A stretch of 63,489 nucleotides of DNA, the filler included, from Neolecta irregularis DAH-3 (Eukaryota), in NCBI GenBank assembly GCA_001929475.1. It is 10 parts of 10 records of this genome, joined end to end, with 100 filler letters (N's around TTAATTAATTAA, not from the genome) between each part and the next. Parts side by side here need not be neighbours in the genome. Positions count along the whole stretch, not along the records: positions 18,554 to 30,537 come from LXFE01000793.1; positions 30,638 to 34,490 come from LXFE01000794.1; positions 34,591 to 37,241 come from LXFE01000800.1; 7 more parts are not named here. The stretch is one strand, 5' to 3'. Below the pieces are notes generated by a model. It worked only from the letters and a program-made list of their open reading frames with translations. It searched no databases and was not told the origin of the DNA. Shown here one piece after another: positions 24,709-37,341 of this stretch; position 1 is the first letter of the stretch; each line of letters opens with the position of its first letter. The translations under genes and the position numbers were made by a program.

Positions 24709-27449
24709 TCACATCGGAGCGGGAAATACATGATTTCGCGGAGAGAACGCAGAGCTGCCGACATGGGAGACAAAAGCGGGATACATACCGTTTCGATTTT
24801 GACTATGGTCACCAATTTTATTGGAAGCTCCAGTAGTCGCAGCATGATGAAGAAGAGAGGTAGCAAATGTTCCATTCGATGGGTCGAGCTTGGAGTAAAT
24901 TCGACGTCCATGAGGGGCAGATCGGATGGAAGGAAGATGTGGTCGAATCGCTTCCGCGAGATCGTGACGTTGGGCAGGATCTGCATAGTCGAGGCAAGTT
25001 TGAACAACGTAATTGGCGTAAGAATCCCGAAGAACTCTTTCGAGTCGAGAAGGTTCCATAAGTTCGGCAATTAGATGACGACGAGTCTCTGGTTCGGCAA
25101 TTCGGATACACTTTTATAATCAGCATGAGAACAGATGACTAGATTACTTTTTCAATGACGTTGGAACTGAACTTTTGTACAGATAACCCATAGGCGTTCC
25201 CTTGAAACTTCTTGATCAACGGTTCCGAAAATCTAACCTCCCCCAAATCCAATACGTACTGCACAACATAGTTGCCGAAAGGGTCTTGGACTAGTTTGAT
25301 TGCATTCTCGGATATTTCGGTGACCAGTTGCTGTTTTTGATTCTCTGAAGCGTGGTCGATGCATCGTTGAAGGACACAACACCCATGTCGGTGACTCGCA
25401 ACCTCTACGCAATGATTTGCTACAGCGTCGTAAATGAATTGATTGTCTCTTGCCTTGAGCTTATTCAGACATTTTTGGACAACATGGTTCCCATTGAGGT
25501 CCTGAATGAGCTGTACAACGTGAGAGCTCAGAGCATGGATGATGATATCAATCTTTCAGTCAGAAATGTTTATGAGCGACAAACCTGTTCTGGAGTTGAA
25601 AGTGATTCAATCATCTTTTGTACAGCTCGGGTACCATGCATATTAAGCGAAATTTGGGTGAGACTACGCGCGGCAGTTCGAACAAGAAGAGTCTTTTGTT
25701 CGTCGTTGCAATGTTCAAGCAACTTTTGGCATAGATAATTTCCAAATGGATCTGGCATGAGCTTTTAATAAATAAAAAGATGTACCAGTCATCAGTTCGA
25801 CAACATAGCGGTGGGTCTCCTCGAAGATTATAGCAACTTGTTGTGGATCCCCCTCACTCAGCTTCTTTTGAAGAAAGCGGCAACCGTGCTGATCTTTGCA
25901 GAGTATGTAAAGTTGTCCAACGAGACTTTCGAGCATGACGTTGTCATATCGACTATCGTCATTTCGTCTGTAGCTGCTCTGTTTCAAGTTGTAGTTGGGA
26001 GATTGACCATAGTTGCTTTCAGGTTTGCTATATTGAGGATAAGGTCCGAATTGCCCGGCATGAAAGACGGGAGACATTCCGTAAACCCCAAAAGAACCAA
26101 ACACTCCTTGCGCAGGTTGAGACGATCTGAGAGTAGGACTAACAATATGAGGCGGATGACGAACCTAGCAGGTTAATACGAGATGCAGGAGACTGTTACT
26201 CTATAGTTTGGGTATTCTCGAGCATACTGGCCTGGACTCATCATGGTTTCGCCCAAAGGGGCGTCATAATCGGCAGCATCCATCCGCATACTGTGATCAC
26301 TGCGTCTCGTATCTGGCGAAGACCTATTAGAACCCGCAAAGGAGTTTTGCGGGGAAGCTTGAGGCTGCAAGGACGACTGGTAACGAATTCTTTGCTCTGC
26401 CAACTCATCAATAGTTCCGTCCGCGTGTCGAGCTTGAAGAGTGTACAATTCCGAAAAGCTTTGGTCATGGACGGACAGCTTTGTTGGGGTTTGACAAGCT
26501 GGAGCAAGGTCAAGGGCCGCGGACGCAGCTGATAAAACATTTGGGCGGCTTTCTCGGCGAATAAGGATAGGGAATTTATCGTCTGTGGCATTGAGCTGCA
26601 GATAACTTCGTCCTTCTAATGCTTAGCAACAAAGCAGTCAAAAATATACTTGGTTCCTCGTCTTCAAAGAGATATTTCTCCGACTTTTCTGGGGATAGCT
26701 TTGGCCAAGTTTTCTCAGCGCTACGAGATCGAAGCAAGTTTGGAACAGACATACTGATATCAGCAAAGACAAACAGGACAATACATCTTGGCTTCATCCT
26801 CGAGGTGCAGTTTTTCGAAATCCTGTATCGGGGTCTCAGAAACAGGGCCCTTTGGCGTGTGTTCTTCGGATGGCGGGGTAATGAGCTGGTGGGCATGCGA
26901 GAGGCATTGCTGTTCTGCAGGTGTAGAGTACATGGAGATGGAGCGGAGCCGCTCTGGTTGACTTCCAGGCGGAGTGGCCGGAAACCTGTCTGAAATATGC
27001 ATATAGCCTTCACTTGGACCAAATATTTCTCGCTCCTTTGATTTCTGTTGGATTTCGAGCAGCTTTACTTGCTCTTTATAGGCTCGATAGTGTTTCTGCT
27101 GTTCGAGTTCGTAGTCTTGGCGACTCCTCTCGAGCTGGGGCAAGAGAGCTGATACACCAACGTCGGCAGACGCTAATTGAGCTCTCTGGCCAGCCTAGGA
27201 GTGTTAGACCAGGGGGCATGAAGTATATGCATACCGCATGTGACTGCGAGGGTTCCGATACTGAGGGTCCACGATGGCCTAGAGCGTTAGAAATTAGCAC
27301 AGGCTGAATGTACTTGAAATGTCTTTTTCTTCAAAAGTGGGGTAGTTCAGGTGACCTTGTATATATGCATCATGAGTAAACGACCGGACATGGGGTTTCA
27401 AGTTCCTAAGGGATGCATTGGCATGCGTCTGATTGCCCTGAGGATGCAT
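24709..27449 (-). CDS. Pumilio/PUF family RNA-binding protein (Puf4-like), multi-exon; start approximate
   Basis: Puf repeats CKDQHGCRFLQKKL, DPFGNYLCQKLLE, NMHGTRAVQKMIE, DLNGNHVVQKCL, HRHGCCVLQRC, DPFGNYVVQY, QKFSSNVIEK, DSYANYVVQT. Confidence 0.92.
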
Positions 27450-27848
27450 TATACGGGACTGAAGCGATATGGAATATTCACACGTCAAAGACCTGGAATC
27501 AACCCAATTGAGTGGCGAGCTTACTCTAGGAATAGCGACAAGTGGGTTGGTATTACAGCCTGGCCTGATGAGACGTAGCTTGCGGCTGGGCAAGGTGTTG
27601 GAGATGGGCAAGGTTGGCAGTGGAGGTTGTGATAATTAGAAATGACGATGGCAACGCGGTCAAGTCTCCTCTCCGATTTTATCGGCTTGTTTCTGAACCC
27701 TGGTCAAAGTATTTTGACAAAATTATATGCATATTACAGGGGTTACATATTTTGCTTATCCCCGTTTTCCGACATGATATCAAGAGACATACAATGATTA
27801 GTTACTTTGTGACGAGTATAAGGATTTAGCGGTTGAGGCGACCACATC

Positions 27849-30537
27849 ATGACCGACGACTTTCAACCGTTATTGCAGTCTATCTACAAGGGAAAAGGTC
27901 TCACGGATCCCATATCCAAAATCGAGGCAAGAGTATTAATATCAATACTAATAACAGGATAAATGGCATCTTTTGCCTGCTTTTTTAAAAGTCAAAGGTC
28001 TAGTGAAGCAACATTTAGATTCGTTCAACTATTTCGTCGACTTTGACCTCTTGAAGATTCTCCGGGCAAACGAAAAAGTGACAAGCGATGTTGAGCCGTG
28101 GTTTTACTTAAAGTACGAGATTCATATCGTGGCTTACATAGATATGTAAACATCTACGTTGAGAAACCGGAACGAAATGATCAGGACGCGATTAAAGCGC
28201 CGTTGACACCACATGAATGCCGGCTGCGCGATATGAATTACTCGGGATGGATTAAAGTGGATATAGAATATACGCGGGGAAAATCTATTGTTAAAAGGCG
28301 GGGAGTCAAAATTGGCCGGTTGCCGATTATGCTCCGGAGCAACAAGTGCGTGCTTGCCGGGAAGAATGAAGCGGAAATGGCTGTTTTGCAGGAATGTCCA
28401 CTAGATCCTGGAGGCTATTTTGTGGTCAAGGGGACGGAAAAGGTGATTCTGGTGCAAGAACAGCTGAGCAAAAACCGAATCATCGTCGAAGCGGACGCTA
28501 AAAAGGGACTGGTACAAGCATCAGTAACAAGGTTGTCTTTTTGAAAACGCAATCTAACAGCAGCTCGACGCACGAACGTAAATCGAAAACCTACGTTCTC
28601 ACGAAAAAAAAGAAGATCTATTTAAAGCACAATTCAATCTCCGAGGACGTTCCAATAGTGTTGGTGCTCAAGGCAATGGGTCTACAGTCGGACCAAGAGA
28701 TATACGCGCTAGTCTGCGGACACGATGCAGAGCACCAAGACAATTTCGCAGTGAATATAGAAGAATGCGCGAAAATCGGGGTATACACTCGGCAACAAGC
28801 GCTGGAATGGCTGGGTCCACGAACCAAGTCTGCGCGACGACTAATGGGAGGTCCCCGTCGACCAGCATGCGAGGATGCACTGGAGGCGCTGGCGACGGTA
28901 GTACTAGCGCACATCGCCGTTCCACACCTAGACTTTCGAGCAAAGGCGGTGTATATCGCGATAATGACCCGACGAGTGTTGGCCGCTATGGCGGATCCGA
29001 AATTAGTCGACGACCGAGATTACGTGGGCAACAAACGGCTAGAATTGTGCGGCTATCACGATGCAGCTAACAATTAGAGCGGGACAACTGCTTTCACTGC
29101 TATTTGAAGATCTTTTCAAAAAGTTCAACCACGATTTGAAGATCAACATTGACAAGGTTTTAAAAAAGCCCAACCGGACCCAAGAGTTTGATGCGTTCAA
29201 TCAGCTGGTAGTTGGGGGCGACGCGATCAGCCAGGGGATGATTCGGGCAATTTCGACCGGCAACTGGTCGCTTAAGCGGTTCAAGATGGAGAGGGCCGGT
29301 GTTACACATGTGCTGAGCCGACTGAGCTATATCAGCGCACTAGGAATGATGACTCGCATTTCGAGTCAATTTGAAAAGACGAGAAAAGTGTCTGGGCCGC
29401 GGGCGCTGCAGGTATATTTCCTGCGAGCCTGCTAATTGTAGCCTTCGCAATTCGGGATGCTGTGTCCCTCTGACACGCCAGAAGGAGAAGCGTGCGGGCT
29501 GGTCAAGAATCTCGCGTTGATGACTCATATCACGACGGACGACGACGAAGAGCCGATCACGAGACTGGCATTTAACTGCGGCGTTGAAGAATTGGGAGTT
29601 TTAAGCGGAAACGAGATGCATGCTGCAGGAGCGTGGATAATTTACGTCAACGGGATGATTCTGGGAGCCACGAAATTCCCAGCGCGGCTCGTTTCCAGTT
29701 TCCGGCAATTGCGGCGCACGGGCCATATTTCTGAATTTGTCAGCGTGCACATCAACCACGCTGACAGTTCTGTGCATATTGCGACTGACGGGGGACGTAT
29801 TTGCCGGCCGCTGATTATTGTTGAGAATGGCCGGCCGCGAGTCGATGCTTTCGTCTCGAGGGTATGTGATTGGGAGCGTATCTGATGGCAGCTAGTGAAA
29901 GAGGGCACGCTGTCGTTTGACCAAGTTCTTGGCCAAGGGCTTGTTGAATATCTTGACGTGAACGAGGAGAACGACTGCGAGATCGCGGTATACGAGGGGG
30001 ATATCGACGAGTCGACGACGCACCTTGAGATTGAGCCGCTTACAATTCTGGGGGCCGTTGCGGGGCTGATCCCGTACCCGCACCACAACCAGTCGCCGCG
30101 GAACACGTATCAATGCGCGATGGGCAAGCAGGCGATCGGGGCGATTGGGTACAACCAGCTGCTGCGGATCGACACGCTGCTGTATCTGATGGTGTACCCG
30201 CAGCGGCCGCTGGTGACGACCAAGACGATTGGGCTGATTGGGTACGACAAGCTGCCAGCCGGGCAGAACGCGACCGTGGCGGTGATGAGCTATTCTGGCT
30301 ACGACATTGAGGACGCGCTTGTGCTGAACAAGGGGGCAGTGGACCGGGGGTTTGGGCGGTGCCAGGTGATGCGCAAGTACGCCGCGATGATCAAAAAGTA
30401 TGCGAACGGGACGTACGACCGGCTGGGGGACGCGCCCGTGGAGAACGGGGAGAGGCCGTGGAAGTACAGCATTCTGGAGGGGGACGGGCTGGCGGGGGTG
30501 GGGGAGCGGGTGAGCGCGGGGCAGGTGTTTATCAACA
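27849..30537 (+). CDS. RPC2: RNA polymerase III second-largest subunit, 5' portion (truncated by linker)
   Basis: [106 protein letters not shown]. Confidence 0.98.
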
Positions 30538-30914
30538 NNNNNNNNNNNNNNNNNNNNNNNNNNNNNNNNNNNNNNNNNNNNTTAATTAATTAANNNNNNN
30601 NNNNNNNNNNNNNNNNNNNNNNNNNNNNNNNNNNNNNGAAGAAAGAGAAAGGAAAAATCGCACCCCTCCCGATAAGTTCATCTTTATTTTGTAAATTTCC
30701 TTTCAACTTTCTAATCGTTTGGAAAATATAAAACTGGTATCTTGCCGAAAACTCCCTGTTACGCCCACAACGCGCATTCGATCGACATCATTTGCAGTCA
30801 ACCCAAACTTTGCATCAAGTAGTAAGCAACCCAAAGCCAAAAGTCATCTGGCATATTCACCTTGGGAAAGCCATCAGTGTCATCATACCAACTTCTGCTC
30901 ACAAAAAAGTGTTA

Positions 30915-33015
30915 TCAACCCTTTTTACACACATATCCGAAATACTCAAACGTCCCCATCCCCCCTCCGAGCTTGTGCACTTGACATGTCCATTCAACAC
31001 GTTCCAAATACCGAAGCCGAAAGTGTGGTTGCGCATAGGTAATATATATGAACACCCCATTGACCTTTAATCCCCGCATCACCCCATCAATTTCTTTTCT
31101 GCAATTTTCAGTCACATATTCAGGAGGATCCCAAACAGAACCAGTATATGATATCATCGCATCAAGACATCCCTAAACCCATCAGCTCCAAAGCGTAGCG
31201 CCAAAAAAACCTTGTCGATAATAACATCAAATTCCCCAGAATATCTCAATTCCCGGGCATCCGCCACCTTTTAATATTAACTCCAAATAAATATAAGAAA
31301 CTACCGTCCATTCCATTGGTTTGTTTTTGTATCTTTGAATCATTTCAGAAATAAGGGTATTTGAAAAATCCACATTCACGATATTTTGAAATCCATCATC
31401 GTATAAATTACCAGAAAGTTCTGAATTTCCACATCCCAATTGCAAAATTCGTGAATTTTTAGTGAGAAAGGGTATGATGAAATCTTTTATTTGATCGTAT
31501 TTCAAAAACCAGTCGAACGGTATTGAATCGGGTTTGTATTTGGTATTCCAGTATTCGGAGGTTTGTAATTGTTCGATAGGGGGTGTGATGTTGTCTTGTT
31601 TTGCGGGAATATGGAAATTTTGACTAGGTGACGATGTTTCTAAATTTCGACATATTGTTTCCGAATTTCGAGCTGACGTCGTTTCAAAATCTTGGGATGA
31701 TGGCGTTTCTGAATCCTCGCCTTCTTTTTGATATCCTCTTCGAGGACCTTTTCCTGCCGTCACAGGAATCTCTCTCTCGTACCTCCTATTAAATGATGCA
31801 GCCAACGTCTCAAAGCATCCATTTGTAATGCTCTCTCTGATATCATTGAAAAATTTCGACAATACTTTCAAATTATGGCTTTTCGGTCAATGTAAATTTA
31901 ATATAAGGGTACATTTGCAGTAACGTCCACCCAAACATTTCTTTTGCATAAAGTAGATGGCGAATATAACATCGTTGGAATTTGCTGCAAGTATAGCATG
32001 AACACGACGAATTAATTGGCCGTGTGTCGAATTCCTGACTGGTATCCCACATATCTTGACTAAGAGGAAGGACGGTACAATTCTCATCTAGTAAATCAAA
32101 GGTCAAAGCGACTCCCGCATCAGTCGCCGCAAGAACAAAATCTGCGGTGAAAACATCAACGCCTTGAGCTACTAAACTTAAAATTTCGTGTGGATTTTTG
32201 GACCAAGGAATTAGGAATTGTGGTTTGAGTCTCGTCGATTCGGATAGCCACTGTAAATCTCCACCTTCAAATATCGCCATTCCTGAGAAATTTTCCTCAA
32301 AAGACGCGAGAAAAGCAGAATATTTTTGACAAGAGATATCAGGAAGATTTGGCGGAAATACAGCTAGAATCGGAATATTAATCTTTTTGTTAGGAAGTAG
32401 CATGTATTAGATATACATTTGCATCGGCAAGTTTCTGTATCCACAATTCCGATCTCAACAAGACGTTATTGACTCGGTTGCCTCCAGGGTTTTTTTGTGG
32501 AATATCCGCGAGCGCAACAACTAGATCGGGCTTCAGTTGAACAGCCGCATCAATGTAATCGCTCAATGATAATTTTCGTACCCCCTCGGACGTAGTTACA
32601 CCAATAAAGTGATTCGTGTTTGTGGGTGTCGGTATTGGTTTAGATCTCCTCGGGCCCAAAAGTACTACTTTATCATCCTGCAAAGCGACAAAATCACGCA
32701 GCGGTCGTTGAAAACATGGCGGCTTCTGGGGAAATCGCTCAATACTGAGAAATCAGCCTGCTCGTTTCTAAAAAAACCATACAAATCTTCAAGTCCATAA
32801 TAAATCGCAGAAACGTTGGTATGTTTTTGGAGGATATCAGGCGTGATGTGAGGAATAGCGCCGCGGGAGGAAGAAGGAATAAACGTAGGTGTCTTTATTA
32901 TTGTTTTCTCTCTCATAAAATGCAACTGACCGGTTCGACATCTAGACAAAGAACCCGGTTTCAAAATTTCAAACGGTAAAAGTTTGTCCATATGATCGTG
33001 TAATTTTCTATCCAT
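30915..33015 (-). CDS. Apparent fusion gene: queuine tRNA-ribosyltransferase accessory subunit (QTRT2/Qtr2) + EEF1AKMT4-like class I SAM methyltransferase
   Basis: TGT-family part: TPTFIPSSSRGAIPHITPD, PHEILSLVAQGVDVF, CSCYTC, YIRHLL.AKEM..WTLLQIHN..FFNDIRESI. It continues without a stop within ORF 31227..31871 into YWNTKY..FDW..ILQLGCGNSELS..VDFS, then FDVIIDKGCLDA..WDP..ITYAQPHFR. Confidence 0.82.
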
Positions 33016-33135
33016 TACAATTTGCGCGGGACATGAAACAGAGTCGATGTGTAGTGTAAAATGTCTAAAATGTCTCGACAAAAGATTTTCAGGGAAATCT
33101 TTTTAAAGCTAATTCTATTTGTACACGTATCATGT

Positions 33136-33780
33136 TTATTCGTAAATCCATTTGGATTGAGAAATGGCATAAGAAGAAACTTCTTCCTCCTTGAACCAGA
33201 GCGCAATTTCCTTCTTTGCATTTTCAACACTGTCGCTTCCATGGCAGACATTTCGACCGACTAGAAGGTGAGATAATATAATCACAAAACAATATACCAT
33301 CAATGGCATAATCACCGCGGATGGTTCCTGGTGCAGAATCGAGAGGGTTAGTGGAACCCAAAAGTTCTAATTGTCAGTTTAGGAATTGTTTTTTTTCAGG
33401 TATACTTCGTCCAGTCTCGACAGCTTTCAAACCTTCCCAGACCATTGCGACGACAGGGCCAGAAAGCATGTCTAGAAATTAGTTGTTCGTGTGCGAGAGA
33501 ATCTGACATTGAATCAAGCTGGAGTTCAGTTTTGTAAAGACCAGAGGAATACCCATTGAAAAACGACTTGGTCGAAAGATCAGCGTCTAGTTATTCAGAA
33601 AACTTCGCGGGACAACCATGTACAGTGCTTTTGCAAAAGGTCCTTGGAAGGAGTAATCATTTTGAGAGCAACCAATTTATACCCTCGTTTCTCAAATCGG
33701 CCAATGATTTCGCCTACGAGACATCGTTGGACGCCGTCTGGTTTAACGGCGATAAAAGTTCGTTCGGTATTTGCAGACAT
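33136..33780 (-). CDS. NDK1: Nucleoside diphosphate kinase, 6 exons incl. an 11-nt microexon
   Basis: [57 protein letters not shown]. Confidence 0.97.
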
Positions 33781-33896
33781 GGTAAAATTGGAAGATGGAC
33801 AACAGAAAAAATGGTGGTCAAGTAAAACAGGTTATGATGCAAACTTCGTTCAATCAATCCCATCAATCTGGTACTCTAACGAGTAGCCTAACCACC

Positions 33897-34490
33897 ATGA
33901 ATTCGCCAAAATCCTCAAAAGACCCGTCTCGTTCTCCGGTTGCAATGCCAGGAAGGCTGAATCGTCTTTCGCTGGTCGATAAACTCGAATCGCATCCCAT
34001 TCAACGAATCACAACTGCGAGAACGACTAAACGAATGTCGCTAAACCTGGGAATACCAATTGCTCCTTCTCCTACAGTCGCATCGAAGCAATCGCCTCGA
34101 CTATTGCGCAGCCAGTCCGATGCAAACTCGCCAAATATTCTGGAAATGATTGCATACGAGGAAAGGTATTCGACATACACAAAGCATTCCTCTCATACAC
34201 CAGACGCGTCGGTGAACTAAAGGAAGAGCTGGCTCGTGCAGAATTAGATCTCGAAAACCTGAAGCAAAAATGGCAAGCTACTGCCCATGGCCTTGTAGAT
34301 CCCATGGATCTTGCTATGTCGAACCGTGAAGAACCCGTTTTTGAAACGGGCAAGCGTCTTGTCAAGGAAGGCGTTCACATCTTTTCGCAGGTATTGAATG
34401 TCATGCTGGATGAGCTTCGAATACCTGCAAGTGAAGAATTCACAACACCACCCCGAGATACTCTTCAAAAAATAAAATCACACACTGAAA
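33897..34490 (+). CDS. Tda11/DUF4048-like coiled-coil protein, 5' part (truncated by linker)
   Basis: KRMSLNLGI and spliced LEMIAYEERRVGELKEELARAELDLENLKQKW resemble the conserved coiled coil of this fungal family. Confidence 0.55.
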
Positions 34491-34590
34491 NNNNNNNNNN
34501 NNNNNNNNNNNNNNNNNNNNNNNNNNNNNNNNNNTTAATTAATTAANNNNNNNNNNNNNNNNNNNNNNNNNNNNNNNNNNNNNNNNNNNN

Positions 34591-34767
34591 GCGGGTGTTT
34601 TGGCGGGGGCGCGGCGGTGGCAGCGGGTTGTTTTGCGGGCGCGGCCTGTCTGAAGCGGTCGCTGCCGGCATGCCACTGCTTGGCAAAAACACAGGCGCCT
34701 GACAGTCAGCACGGTTGCAGAGGCCACGACACTGCGAGTCGAATATAGCGAGCGAGTAGATCGTCAT
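34591..34767 (-). CDS. TRAPP subunit Bet5/TRAPPC1-like, 5' fragment (truncated by linker)
   Basis: Removing a 32-nt intron gives MTIYSLAIFDSQCACVFAKQW, the longin N-terminus pattern of Bet5/sybindin. Confidence 0.6.
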
Positions 34768-34805
34768 GGTGGCGAGTGGCGAGTCGTACGGAATTATCCG
34801 CATAT

Positions 34806-34930
34806 ACTCCATCCACTCATCCACTATCTCCATCCACTCATCCACTATCTCCATCCACTCATCCACTATCTCCTTCCACTCCATCTCCATCCACTCCATC
34901 TCCATCTCCATCCACTCATCCACTCTATCC
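34806..34930. repeat. 21-bp minisatellite (tccatccactcatccactatc)n in the Bet5/CaMKK divergent promoter
   Basis: Three near-perfect units followed by degenerate tccatc units. Confidence 0.85.
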
Positions 34931-35097
34931 CTCACAGCATACACTGCATACACCACCGACATCCACAGCGTAAACAGCACACCAATTCACCAGCATCCAC
35001 GGCATCCACAGCATCGACCGTATCCACCGGTTCGTACTACACCGGCATCCCCACATCATACCGGTGATCATGGAACCCGCCTCTTGCCGCCGGGCAC

Positions 35098-36905
<1,808 letters not shown>

Positions 36906-37341
36906 CAATCTCTCTGGGATTAGTGTAGGTATATTTCTTCAGTCTGGGTTGGAAACACGCAAGGCAGTTGTGTCGTGATTGCTCGCGAGTCCGTATTTCT
37001 TGTGTTTTGGTGTTGCGCTTGAGTGGGGGTTATAGTTGAACGATCGCAAAAGGGGGCTCAGGAAGCACATTTGTTTTGTAATTGGTTTCATAAAATGAAT
37101 ATCTATTCTTTAACTTGTATCTTGATCTAGATGGATGTTTGTCTATCGTGTTACTATCGCTGTCACGTTCTTGGAATCAGGTTCACGTTACTATATCACG
37201 TTACTTTACAAAAATATTCTCAAACTATTATCGAATGTTCANNNNNNNNNNNNNNNNNNNNNNNNNNNNNNNNNNNNNNNNNNNNTTAATTAATTAANNN
37301 NNNNNNNNNNNNNNNNNNNNNNNNNNNNNNNNNNNNNNNNN

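Noticed and set aside
34806-34930. Regular repeats considered as a CRISPR-like array (also 41450-41830)
   Set aside because: Head-to-tail units with no unique spacers, eukaryotic context, no cas genes
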